Source: the human T2T-CHM13v2.0 reference genome, Homo sapiens
Assembly (NCBI GenBank): GCA_009914755.4
Contig: CP068257.2
Coordinates: forward strand, 25,856,001 to 25,920,000
Length of the DNA: 64,000 bases
Reading direction: 5' to 3'
The position numbers were made by a program, and so were the translations under genes. Shown here in pieces: positions 1 through 13,307 of this stretch. The notes under the pieces are model-generated. The model had not been told where the DNA came from. It saw only the letters and a list, made by a program, of their open reading frames with translations, and did no database searches. The number at the start of each line of letters is the position of its first letter. Positions within the stretch are counted from its first letter, which is position 1.

Positions 1-3000
1 AATTTAAATATTTTTAACACTGGCCTTAATTTTAGCAGGAACAATCAGTAAATATTTAACTATAGCTATTAACGCATACATATACTTAGTCATAATACAT
101 ATGGATTTTATAAAGGGAGAAGAAAGAAAACACATAAAACTATGCCTTTGTTATATCAATTTTCTTTGCATAATTAAAACTTAATGCTATTTACCAGCCT
201 CATACTGATCACAGGTGGCTGAAAATTTCTTCATATCAAATTTATTCTATTAATAATATATAGTATGTGACAGTTTTCTAGGGAAAGCTGTTACCAAAAA
301 GGTAGAAAATGAAACTTACTTTAAAGTTAACTTATTAAATAATCAATTCAAAATCTAAAAGATGCAAGAATTTCCAGCAATATAGCCATCAACATTGTCA
401 TTGTTTCAATGGTAATGGGAGCATAATATCAGAGTGTGTATATAAATTGAATGTAGTGTGTATATGTGTATATATTCAAAACACGATAATCAGTTTCACT
501 ACTTACACAATTTTTTCTAAGTTTAAAAGTTGTTCAAAATAAAGTTTAAATATATCTACTATATTAATACATTTATTATGCTTGCTAATAATTAGTAAAT
601 ACTGAACCACTGCCCTGTGCATGAATACACATTCACCTGACATTTGAGAGAATTCTTTTGCAAAGTTTACTAAGGAAAAACAATTTAGCTAGCCTTGATT
701 GATAGAAGTAGAAGTAGACTTTTTATAGTAGAATGCATGATGAAAGGAAGAATGTTATTTGATAGTGAGAAAAAAGAAGGTGGACTGAGAGTGATATAGA
801 ACCTAATCTTATCAAAAAATAGGGAGTTGGTCTTAAATTTGACATCAAGGGGATTTGAGATGATGTAGAGAGGAAGTCAAAGCCACTCATGTGACATTAG
901 GTGATAAAACGTGGGAAAAGGAAATGCTGTCCTTCGAGTCATGCAAATAATTTTTGAATGGTTCATTACATTGGCTTTCACCCCTCCCAAACGAGTCTCT
1001 GTTACTGCCCCACCCTATCTGATCTTGCCATTACTATCTGTTGGTAATTTTCCACAGCACTAGATTCCAAAACATACACATATGTCTGCATTTGACACCC
1101 TTAGAATTCTCCCAGCAAAGGCAGATTCCCATGCAAAGTAAATCAAAAGAAATTAAAAGAAAGCTTAGCCAATTCCTCACACAACCTGTTGCTTGGTTTT
1201 TGTTAGACCTGCCCAGATAATCCTCAGGTCTTGGGAAGAAGGAGAGTTGCTCATTTTCATGGATAGAATACTTGCAGTTTGTGCATATGGCATGTTTCTC
1301 CATGATTAAGAATGGTTACATTCATTTGGAAAAAGGGATCCTGAAGTGCACCACAGTTCACTTTTCTTCCTGATTGCTCTCAGCTTGTGTGCTGGGTAGT
1401 AGTCCAATTTTCCTTCATTTAGTTTAATTAATCTTCCTATAACACCAATATAAATGGTTCTCTGTTAAAGTCTCAACAGTGGTGCGACAATGTGTTTCCT
1501 GCTTTGCAGTTGTAATTCACTTAAAACCGAGAGAAATATTTATATTATAAATGAGATTTCTGATGTATTATCCTCATCTTTTAAGAAAAGAGATTAAATC
1601 AATTTTAGTTGATTTGATAGTTTTATTTTCACTGAATCCCTGAAGCTCATGGCTCATTACTAATTAAATTATATTTTGTAGATTAAATTATATCATTTCA
1701 ATCCAAATTCTACTTCCCTTCCCCACTATAGAATAAATGTATCCAATGTAGTATAAAGCTGAATTTTATTGGTTATTTTTTTAATTTAGTTAGATTAATA
1801 ATTTAATAAATTTTTCTATTTATGTTGATTAACACAATGTGTTACAAAATTCTATTTTGCTGACAATCAATAGTGTACTTCTGAACATATTTCTTATTAT
1901 TGCTGGAAATATTAAGTTTCAGAATGCTTTTCCTGTGGAAATTTTTTTGTTTTGTGAGGTTTTAATTGCTTTCAGAAATCTTTCAGACATTAAAAATGTT
2001 GCAAATTAAGACAAATTCTTCTCTGATCTAAAATAATCCTGATCACTTCATAACAAACATGTAGAAAGAAGGTCATTAACTACACTTTACAGAGAATGGA
2101 AAACAGTTTATATTAACACTTTGTGTAAATCATCTTAGCTGTGCCTGTTTTTCTGCACCATTATTTAGTGCTTACTTTATTTTTTCTGCATTGCTTAGGC
2201 CAGAAGATCCCAAATAATATCATGATTTAGAGTTACCTTGGGAGATTGTAAAATGCATGTTTCCAGGCCTACTCTCAGAAATTCTAAATCAGTAGTTCCA
2301 GTTTATAGTTTGGAAATCTATCATTTTAGTGATGACTGTCAATTATTAAAATGCAATTTGTAGATTACACATGAAGGAATACTAAGAAGGAAAAATATGT
2401 TTTTGAGTATTTCTCAGTTAGAACCATTACATAGATAGATTTTCTGTTTTCTCTCCACTAGAATGTCAACTCCCTGGTCGAAAGGAAGATATTTCATTCA
2501 TATTTACTATTCTATTCTCAAACACTAGGACCTGATCTATTCTAGGTGCTAAATACATCATTGCTGAATAAATAATAATGTGAATAATAAATAAAATGTG
2601 ACTGCGTCTGTTTTCTACTTTGCTTTTGACAGTTGCTCAGGGTGAGGTCTTATTTGTATCCACTTCCATGAAACACAATGACATTTGTAGAAAACTCCAC
2701 ATAACTGTTGCTTGGTTTATTATACCTAACAGCACTACAGTTAGTATCCTTGTGATACTCCTCTTTTCAGTGAATGTGAACAGAAAAAAGAAGAAAGAGG
2801 AATAGCAGATATTTGTGATATTTAAAACAGATGCTTTTGTAGTGAAATTGTTTAAGGATTCATGTGTGGTTCTCATTGAGGAACAGAGTCCCAAACTTGT
2901 TTTTCTTTTGCATATACTTCATTCATAGAGTTCATGGAACAGTTCTTAGATTTTACTTTCAGCACATCCACCACCAGGGTCGGGTATATAATTCCTTAGG

Positions 3001-3639
3001 CTCAGTGCAAAATAAAATGCAGTGTCCCTACCATATTAGGGGAAGTCAATCTTCATTTCTTACAGGTGAAAAGTTCCAAAGGATCAAAACCTCCACATAA
3101 GATGTGCTTGGAACGTGGAGTGGGGGTGTGGAAGAATCTCCTGTTAAGTTGCCCACCAAATGCACCATGGGGCATGACATAGCTGGGGTAGTGATGGACC
3201 TCACTCTGACTCTTCCCAGGCCTACTCCCAAGTTCCTCATAGAGGACAAAGGGCAAAAGATACTTCCCTTTCAACATAACCTGACCTAGTGACTGTCCTG
3301 GATGGAGGCTGGCAGTGGTGGCAGGGTGGGGAGGGGGAGGGATCATGGGTTCCAGAGGATGGAGAACAAAGGCAGCCAAGAATGCATTCTAAGCAGTGGC
3401 AAAAAATGGAACCACATAAGAGCTGAGACTCTAATCCCTCAGTGCATGTTTCATGATCTCATAGGTCTTTACTTACACAACACAAATTCAAACATAAAGT
3501 TATTCAGAATGTCTCTTCTCAGGTGGTGAAATCAAAAAATTAAACTCCAAGCACAAGGTTCTTTGGGGCACTGACCCTGTGTGCCTGCCAGTGGCCACAA
3601 GTGTGTGAAGCAGGCTTTATCTACCATCCCGGGGGATGG

Positions 3640-3800
3640 AGTTTTCCTACTGTCTTTGTTTTGTGTTTCTATAACAGAATACTCGAGCCTGCGTAATTTA
3701 AAAAGAAAATTTATTTAGCTTGTGATTCTGGTGGCTGGAAGGTTCAAGATGGGCAGCTGCATCTGGTAAGGCCATCAGGCTGCTTCAACTCATGGTGGAA
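3640..3800. mobile_element. Possible decayed LTR-like fragment (family not assigned)
   Basis: tgtttctataacagaatactcgagcctgcgtaatttaaaaagaaaatttatttagcttgtgattctggtggctggaaggttcaagatgggcagctgcatctggtaaggcc shares the '…ataacaaa…aatttatt…ttctggaggctggaag.tcaagat…' architecture of MLT-type LTR ends. This is a weak call. Confidence 0.3.
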
Positions 3801-3936
3801 AATGGAAGAGGAAACTCTTAGATTCTATTATAATCTACATTCAAATCTGAGAAGTATTTCATCTTTTGTTTCTGTCACAATCCCTCCTTAACATTCCTGT
3901 ACACTAAGATTTTCATGTAGTGTTAATCAATGCTAA

Positions 3937-4252
<316 letters not shown>

Positions 4253-4714
4253 ACTACTAAAATATTTCTTCATGTCACTCTTGTGTAATAGCAATCCTAC
4301 TTTTTTTTTTTTGTAATCAAATCAATTATTCCAAACATAAGGTTCAGGTAGTACAGCTTCCTATACTTGGGATAATTTGGATGTCTTTTCTTTTCCTAGA
4401 TCCATTGAAAGTTACTAGCCATAGAATTACTAAGTAAAAAGGGCCAAGTTATCATTCCCTTATATACTTTATGCTGCTCCCTAACTAAAAAAGTTTTCCA
4501 AGGATAGCTATGGGTTTCTACTTTATCTTACTACCAAAATAAATAAAATAAATCAATGGAATTGGGGGGAAAAAAAGACAAAAAAGTCAATGGAAAAAAG
4601 CTGTTTTTTTAAACAATCAATGAAAATGATGAGCCTTTAGCAAGACTGATGATGAAAAAAGTCAGAAAACACATACTACCAATATCAGAAGTGAAGTAAA
4701 GATTATCACTTTGT

Positions 4715-5052
<338 letters not shown>

Positions 5053-6437
5053 TTAGACCCTGCAGACATTGAAAGAATAATAAGGAAATACTGATAATAA
5101 CTTTATACACAAAAGTTTGGCAACTAAGATAAAATGGACCAATATTCTAAAAGCCACAAACTGTCAAAAATTACCCAATATAAAGTAGATAATTTGTACA
5201 GCCTTAATACATTTTAAGAAAATAGAATTCGTAATATAAAAAACAATAAAGACATCTCCAGACCCATGTGGTTTCAGTGGAGAATTCCACTGATAATTTA
5301 AGGAAGAATTAATACCAATGCTACACAATATGTTTCTGAAAATAGAATAGGAAGAAATATTTCCAAATTTATTTTATGAAACTAGTTTTACTCTGATACT
5401 GAAACCAGACAAAGAGAGAAAAACACAATACAAAACAAAACCTACCGACCAATATCGCTCATAAGTATAATGCAAATATCCTTACCAAAATATAAGCAAA
5501 TTGATTTAAGCACTATATTTAAAAAATGGTACACTGTGACCAAGTGGCCTTTATTTCATGGATACAAGAGCAGTTCAATATTCAGAACTCAATCAATGTT
5601 TAATTTTAAAAAGTCGTGCTGTCTTATATGAAAAAGTTATATGATGATGAGTAATACAACCATAGCACATGTTAAAGTAACAGAAAACATGGATGATACT
5701 TAGAGACTTGAGAATGATTGATAGTATACTATGTGTACTACCATGTCAAAGCAGTCATCTTCACCGTGCATATGCTTTCCCATCTTAAAGAATAAGAATG
5801 TGATACTCTCATCACTTTTCAACAGTTAAGCCATTTTATATCTTTATTAAATTGTATTCTTTAGATAGCATTTGATTTTAACACGAGGTTGTTTTATATA
5901 TATATGGTCAAACAACATCTATTTTATCAAACTGCTTGACAACATTTAGTAATTCCTGTACTGTAAAATAAACTTTTCTATTTTAAACAGGACTTACACA
6001 TCAGAAAAAGATGAGAAAACTTCCACTAAATTCAGGGTGAAGTTGTATGTACTTATAATCCTACGTACTGTACATTGTAACTTAGTTTAGCAATATTTTT
6101 CTCATCACGGTTTTTGTATAATAAATTGAAGATAATCTTCACCCAAGAGGTGGGTACAGGATTCTCGGCTTCAACAGAATCAGTAAGAGTAACTGGCTAA
6201 TTACTGTTTTGTTTACCTGAAAACACTCAACGCGTCTGGTTTTACACTCCTGTGTCAAGATGTAATAAGATGCGTTAAAACCAGAAGAGTTTAAATCAAC
6301 CAAGCAAGACAAATATTTAACATGAAAAGCCTGCATAAAAGATGGTAAATCTCACTATATTTCTCATTATTTTGATGGAAATCCACAGTATTACATACAT
6401 TGTTGTTTTTATAGAATTTTATTAAGAACTAGGACTA

Positions 6438-6706
6438 GACCAGGCGCGGTAGCTCACGCCTGTAATCCCAACACTTTGGGAGGCCAAGGCAAGAGATGGA
6501 GACCATCCTGGCCTACACAGTGAAACCCCGTCTCTACTAAAAAAAATACAAAAAATTAGCCAGGCGTGGTGATGCGCACCTGTAGTCCCAGCTACTCAGG
6601 AGGCTGAGGCAGGAGATTGGCGTGAACCCGAAAGGCGGAGGTTGCTGTGAGCTGAGATCGATCGCGCCACTGCACTGCAGCCTGGGTGACAGAGTAAGAC
6701 TCCATA

Positions 6707-6708
<2 letters not shown>
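6438..6708 (+). mobile_element. Alu element (internally deleted in the left monomer) whose A-tail has been replaced by a (CA)n microsatellite
   Basis: Begins gaccaggcgcggtagctcacgcctgtaatcccaacactttgggaggcc… and ends …cctgggtgacagagtaagactccat, followed directly by a CA repeat. Confidence 0.85.

Positions 6709-6747
<39 letters not shown>
6709..6747. repeat. (CA)n microsatellite, about 19 units, at an Alu 3' end
   Basis: Uninterrupted acacac… run read directly from the sequence. Confidence 0.95.
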
Positions 6748-6748
<1 letters not shown>

Positions 6749-7797
6749 CTAGGAATAGGAATATGACAAGATTGTGTTGTTTTTCACATGAGAGATTTAA
6801 ATCAAAGTAATGAAAGTATTAAGAAATGCGTTATTTTGTGTGTGTGACAATATTCAGGAAATACAACAAATTTTACTAATTAAAATAACTTTGAAGTATG
6901 AAAGCAAATTTTGCAAACAATTTGCATGCTTCTAAACTGACGTTTTAGGGCATTCTTAATAAATCTAAATAAAGTTTAACTTTAAGAAAATTTTGATCTA
7001 ATGAAATTGGAGTTTCTGAAATTCTTACGCTTTATATTGATGTATCTTCTTTGTTGTTACTTTAGGTTATGATGTGTCGATTACTGTTGCAACTGTGTAT
7101 TTATTATTTTGAGTAATAAAAGTACATGTTTTATCTCAGTTGGGCAAATTGAACGTATATTACTTCCTTGAGGTACTAAAATGTGTAATTACATTTTCAA
7201 AATGATTTTGAAAGCATATTAGCATCTTAATGTAGAAATACTTCTAAATGCAGAAACAGGCATTGAGGCAGCAATATATAGCTCACTTGAAATACAGACC
7301 AGTTAAACTGAATAGGATAGCTACAAAAACACAAAAACAAACAACAACTGATGTTTAAAATAAAGAATACCTGTGTCATCTCATTAGGTAAGAAGACTTT
7401 AGAGAAAACTCAGCAGAGGTGTTATAGCATAAATTACAGGTTTTGGTATCAGAACCCCACTCTTAGAAGTACTACAACCTTGCAGAAATTACCTAACAGC
7501 TCTAAGTTCAAGTTTCATCAGTTATAAATTTGTAGCAAATACCTCATTGAGTTGTTAGAAGACAAAACAAATTAAAGCATTCAAAGCATTTGCCATTGCC
7601 AAGCATTGAGTAGTTGCTCCAAAGGAAAACAGTATAAGGAGGTAAGTATAAAAAAAAATTAGGGAGCATATGGCTGGCCATACTATTCAGAGAAATCTGT
7701 TTGCCTTTTTGCTAATCTAGTTGGCACAGAGGTCAGCTAATTTATTTTTCACTCATTAGAACTATTAATACTTTTGTTGCTAACTAACAAACAGTAT

Positions 7798-7930
7798 CCC
7801 AGCTGGGCATGATGGCATGCACCTGTATTCCCAGCTACTTGGAAGGCTGAGACAGGAGGGTCCCTTGAACTCAGGACTTTGAAGCCAGCCTAGGCAACAT
7901 AGTGAGATGCCCATCTTGAAAATAATATTT
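7798..7930 (+). mobile_element. Free left Alu monomer / FLAM-like fragment with an A-rich tail
   Basis: ccagctgggcatgatggcatgcacctgtattcccagctacttggaaggctgagacaggagggtcccttgaactcagga…gcaacatagtgagatgcccatc matches the Alu left arm only, followed by an A-rich stretch. Confidence 0.6.
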
Positions 7931-8812
7931 TTTAAAAAAACAGAATCCCTATGGGAATCTATTTCAAGTTAAAAAAGGCGTAAGTTAAGGAAAAAGTGTA
8001 AAAAATATTTATTGAAGTTAAGCATTAAAACGCTAAGAGCATACTTTACCATGCCTTGCAATGATGCTGCAGAACGGACTATAGTGATATGACACATGGG
8101 CTATAGGTACTCTCATTTATTAAACATAACTTTGTCATTTGCCAACACCTGCTAAAGTCTATACCAAGGAGCTGCTTAAGGGGGATCACTTTGAAAGTAT
8201 AGAAAATTGTATTCTTTTTATGTGTTCTTCATGAATAAAGCCCCCTTGAATTCTGAAATCCTTTCATTCCTGTCAGTTAGTGCCAACTCTAGTCAGAACC
8301 ACCTACACCCAGAATCTTAGCCAGCTATGCATAACACTTTGCCCTTAGCCATCAGAAAAGATCAAGCCTCTGAACAAATGAGTGCAGGACTTACCTTAAG
8401 TGCCAGTTATTGAAACTTGGATGTAAACCAAACCCCAAAAATGCTAGCTATGGATTCTGTGTTTTTTTTTTAAACCAAGAATGTATCATCTTGATCCAAT
8501 TATTTTCCAAAGGGATTCTGGGGTGAAACTCAGAGGCAGTAACATATTTTTCTCCCAAAATAAACAAATAGACTTGACACCAAGAGAGAAACGTTGTAAA
8601 TTTAATCCTTTCCCAAATAAGAAGGCATGAGTTCAGAGGGTATGATTTTCTATCCATCTTGATTGTGCTGTTTTAAAACCAGAAAGTGATATCCTGATTT
8701 CCCAAACTAATTTTAGATAGTTATTGTAAACGGATGATTTGAGCTGTCATTGTACTATCTGTGGAGTAATTAACCTATCAGTTCTTGTTCTAACATACAA
8801 TTTGTATGGACT

Positions 8813-9107
8813 CTGTATTAGCCTGTTCTTACGCTGCTAATAAAGACATACCCAAGACTGGGCAATTTATAAAGGAAAGAGGTTTAATCGACTAACACGT
8901 CCTACATGGCCACAGGCAAGAGAGAGCTTGTGCAGGGGAACTCCCATTTATAAAACCATCAGATCTCAAGAGACGTATTCACTACCATGAGAACAGTATG
9001 GGGGAACCACCCCCATGATTCAGTTATCTTCTGGCACCACCTTTGACACACGGTGATTATTACAGTTCAAAGTGAGACTTGGGTGGGGACACAGCCAAAC
9101 CATATCA
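8813..9107 (-). mobile_element. Solo ERVL-MaLR LTR (THE1/MST-like), antisense
   Basis: The left end ctgtattagcctgttcttacgctgctaataaagacatacccaagactgggcaatttataaagg is the reverse complement of the MaLR LTR 3' end. The right end …tgggaattatggg…caagatgagatttgggtggggacacagccaaaccatatca is the reverse complement of the LTR 5' end (tgatatggtttggctgtgtcccc…). Confidence 0.75.
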
Positions 9108-10380
9108 GACTCCATATATTTTGAAATGTGAAAATATAAGCTATACACACAAGTAACAGGTCTAATAACAACTACCAAAGGAACAATGACTAGACTTACT
9201 TCTGAAGCTTTTTAAAAATTTATTTCCATTTGACATAGTATACCTAAATCTCAGAAATTGTGCCACTGGGAACTAAGTGGCTTAATTCCATGCATTAATG
9301 TGAAATAGGTAGTCAACAGTTGGAAGCTGGCTGGAAGCAAAAGTAGGTGTGAAGATTTAAGTAAGTGTATTTTGCTAGAAGGAAAGAAAGTGGGAAAGAA
9401 GATGAGATTAGGAACTGAAAACTGGACTTAGCCCAGAAACAAAATAGCAGCTGGATGTCACCACTTTGAATTTTAGGATTTTGCAAGAAATATAAGCAAT
9501 GGCTGCCGAAATTGGGAGCACCACTAAAATATTTTAACTAAAGTGGTCCAAACCCACTAATGTCAAAATAATTCATTTAATGCTTACATATACAAAACAT
9601 AAGGAGTAGATATATTTTAGTGTAACTGTTTAGGGTTGTATATTTTAATATTGATTTTATGTATCCTGTAAATAAAATCAATAAATAGAAATGGATCTTG
9701 AAAAAATGCAATACTTCTTTTTAATTAAAGAATTTGTTGATGATAAAAAATACACCTGTCCTATTTTTTAAATTTATTTTTAATTGACATATAAAATTAT
9801 GTGTGTTTATCATGCATAACATAATGTTTTGAAGTACATACACATTGTAGAATGATTAAATGTAGCTAGTTAACAAATGCATTACCTGACGTAGTTATTA
9901 TTAATATGGTGAGAACACTCTCTTAGCATTTTCTAAGAACACAATGCATTATCATTAATTATAGTCACCAAGCGGTTCAATCACGTGTGAGTCATTTTTT
10001 CAGACAAAGTATGCTGATATGAAAAGCCAATATTAAAAATACATTTTAAAATGCTTCATAATGGTTTTGTTGTCGAATGGGCCAATGAGTAAATGACCTT
10101 CCAAAATCTATAGAAAGGAAATTCCTGATTTTCATCTTGAAAGAAGTTTTTCAATGACAAATAGAAATCACCATTATCTTACTGAGGAAGGATTATATGA
10201 TGAAGTGTCTTCTGGTGTCTATTCAAGGAAAGTTTGGAAAGCTTCTCAACTGGGATCTGAAAATCCTAACTTGGGATCAGGTAGACACAGCTTTAATCAA
10301 TACTGTTGTATTATTTTGATATTTCATTTTTTGACTATGTTCTTGGATATGTGTTTTGTTTCACCAAGGACTTCTGCAAT

Positions 10381-10659
10381 TTATTTTTTTTTTTTTATTT
10401 TTTATTTTTTGCTACAGAGTCTCACTGTCACCCAGGCTGGTATGTGGTGGCATGAAGGCCTCTGCCTCCCGGATTCAAGAGATTCTTGTGTCTTAGCCTA
10501 CCAACTAGCTGTGACTACAGGCATACACCACCAGGCCCAGCTAATTTTTATATTTTTAGTAGAGACAGGGTTTCACAATGTTGGCCAGGCTGATCTCAAA
10601 CTAGCCTCAAATGATCCGCCCGCTTTAGCTTCCCAAAGTGTGAGCCACCGTGCCTGGCC
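10381..10659 (-). mobile_element. Alu element, antisense
   Basis: T-rich head (10381-10410), then …agagtctcactgtcacccaggctgg…tcccaaagtgtgagccaccgtgcctggcc. The 172-aa ORF at 10154-10672 in the track runs through this Alu and is spurious. Confidence 0.9.
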
Positions 10660-12148
10660 TACAATTTCTTGACAGCACTGATTCTTCTCTATCTTCCTAG
10701 GCCTACCAAGGGCCTTTTAGGTGTGTGTTTGACCCTGGCTGTTTTCTGATCTCAGAAACAAAGATCACCCAAGAGCTTTGAGCCACAGGAAGAAGCATAA
10801 CCAAATATATTTCAGATTATCTAAATGTCCATTAAACACTACACTAATCTTGGGTTATTGTGTGAGGTCTTGAAACATGAGGTCTTAATCATGTCCAAAT
10901 TAGTAATTGTATGATGGAAAATAATCTGCAATCTCTTTCTCAAAATTGTTTTCTAAAAAAAAACACTGAGGGCTTTTTTATTATTTGAAAAAGGCAGTTA
11001 TGAATCACTAAACAGAAATTAAAGCATTTTAAAGATTATTATTTTAGGAATTTTTTACTTGAAAAGTACTAAATAAAGACAAGTAGCATTTAAACAAAGA
11101 AAATTATGTTTAATAATTCTGTTGTTGAAAGCTTTATTTTAAAAAAATTGTGGCTATATTTTTAAGTATTTTTAATCAACTCCAGTATTGATATAAAGTT
11201 GGCACATTCATTTGTTTGTGATGTACTGTTTTTGCTGTTGGTGGTGGTAGTAGTAGTATTTTTAGCAGCCTTACTCTGAAATCTGGAATGAGAAAGACTT
11301 GAACTTTTATGATTGATAATGAACAAAATAATTGATTGGTAAAACAACTGTTAGTAATGGCATTTTTTTATTGCAGATCTTCTCTTTTAGAATTGGGTAT
11401 AAAGTGATATGCTAAATGTCTTTTAATTTTACATACAAGCAATCAAAGGAGAAATGGCTTGGCGTTCAGATCAGCATGTCAGAGATAGGTGAAGTTACAC
11501 TGGTGTGTTGGGTGTTTCCTGATGAATATCTCTGAAGACAATGGAGAAATGACACACATGAGACATTTCCAGCAGACCTGAGTTAACTCTACGCAGCTCA
11601 GCAGGACTCCATTCATCTGCCTCACAACACCACCAAATCACCACAAAATATTTATTTAAATTAGAATACAATATATTGGATTCTTTTGAAAAATTCACAA
11701 TATTCTAAATTATATTTTAGAAATTATGCAATAGATAAATGAGAACATAATTACAAAAATAATTTTCAAATTCATTGCATTTATTGTAAACTTTCTTCTT
11801 CCAAGGGTTTGAATGAACAAAGAAAATCACTTTGCCTTTATAACTAATAAATAAATGTAAAAACTTTAACTTTTTGCAAGCTAGATACCAACTGCAGAGA
11901 AGATGAGACCCTGTTTTATGTAAGTGTTGTTAGTACCTGTTCTCATATTTTTTTCTCTTAGAAACAGAGAATAAAAAGCTAAAAACAAAGGTCTCATTAT
12001 ATTGTAATAAAATGGTACTACATAAATCTGTGCTTATCCTGTCTTCACATACTGCAATCCAAGAGGAAAATGAAGCAAGCTGAAAGCCACAAGGGGAATT
12101 CCACACAAAGATAATGCTACAACTACATAGTCATTTAGTATACACATG

Positions 12149-12151
<3 letters not shown>

Positions 12152-12186
<35 letters not shown>
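12152..12186. repeat. (CA)n microsatellite, about 17 units
   Basis: Direct read of the sequence. Confidence 0.95.
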
Positions 12187-12189
<3 letters not shown>

Positions 12190-12890
12190 CAAACATATTC
12201 CTAGTCAATAGACATAGAAAGGGAATAAATGGTACATTGCAAACAGCATTGATCTGAAACCTAACATATCCAGATTGCTTCTGTCACTACTTATTACCAT
12301 GGCCTTGGTCATTTTTTACTTCTCCAAGCCTCGGCTTATGCATATGGAAGTGAGAAATCAGATTTGTGGGATTTTCTGCATTTTTTCTGGCTGTGTAAAA
12401 TTGAGCCACCTAATAATGACCATTAATAGATGTCAAACATGCTACCGGGAAATAATTAGGCTCCACAGTCAAGTGCTACTAGGGTGAACACTAGTTAAGA
12501 TTTGAGGGAGTTATAATTTTTTACAACTGTATAAAAATTTTAAGAACAGTAATGTGCCGTAAAATACTGAGAAATAACCTACTTTAGTAGACATTTTTTT
12601 AGTGCTTAAAGAGAAATTTTCACCTTACAAAACCTCAACAGTTGCAATGGACTGATTGTTTTACTCTGTTAGTTTTGCTTAAATATTAATTAAATATTAA
12701 ATATTAGAATTTTCTCTGAGAGCCTGGGAATCTTGATGTTAGTGAAGCTGACCAGTGGAAACATGGGTCATAGTGGGGAATGAAAATGGAATATCATAGT
12801 GACTTACTTTCCTGTGCCTATGTCAGTTTGGAAGCCTCCATTTCAAAAATATATCAGCTTATGTTGCCAATGTTTAGGAAATATATCAGT

Positions 12891-13180
12891 TAGTTGGGCA
12901 TGGTGGTTCACACCTATAATCCCAGCTCTTTGGGAGGCAGAAACAGGACAATCCCTTGAATCCAGGAGTTTGAGAACAGACTGGGCATGATGACAAGACT
13001 CTGTCTCTACAAAAAACTTTAAAAAAATTTAGCTGGGTGGTGTGGCACATACTTGTAGTCCTAGATACTCAGGAGGCTGAGGCAGGAGGATCCCTTGATC
13101 CCAAGAGTTCGCGGCTACACGGAGCTATGATTGTGCCCCTGCGCTCCAGCCTGGGTAACAGAGAAATAGTAAAACACAAA
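12891..13180 (+). mobile_element. Alu element (older, AluJ-like) with a degenerate A-rich tail
   Basis: agttgggcatggtggttcacacctataatcccagctctttgggaggcagaaacaggacaatcccttgaatccaggagtttgag…gcgctccagcctgggtaacagag. Confidence 0.85.
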
Positions 13181-13307
13181 GATTTACCAGTGCATCCCAC
13201 CAACCTGGGGGAGGCAACAAGGTTATCTTTTTACAATAAGGGATACAATTTGGATTTAAGAAAACAATTATTGAAATCACTTATTAAAAGAAGACTGCTT
13301 GCCACAC

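Noticed and set aside
2900-3400. Locally GC-richer stretch with overlapping ORFs on both strands (e.g. 3053-3379 minus, 108 aa, proline-rich)
   Set aside because: There is no start context, no splice-site-flanked exon structure I can recognise and no CpG enrichment. It is most likely an old, unassigned repeat. I cannot exclude an exon without database mapping, so I did not call it a feature.
8700-9200. Possible internal MaLR sequence flanking the solo THE1/MST LTR at 8813-9107 (a short attttgaaatgtga match to inverted THE1-int)
   Set aside because: The match is only about 14 bp and in the wrong orientation. I treat the LTR as solo.
10154-10672. 172-aa ORF on the plus strand
   Set aside because: Its 3' two-thirds is a read-through of an antisense Alu (10381-10659). 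Alu-derived peptides of this kind (…SPRLECSG…HHAQLIF…) recur in several other track ORFs (e.g. 25494-25799, 62883-63098, 63496-63711).
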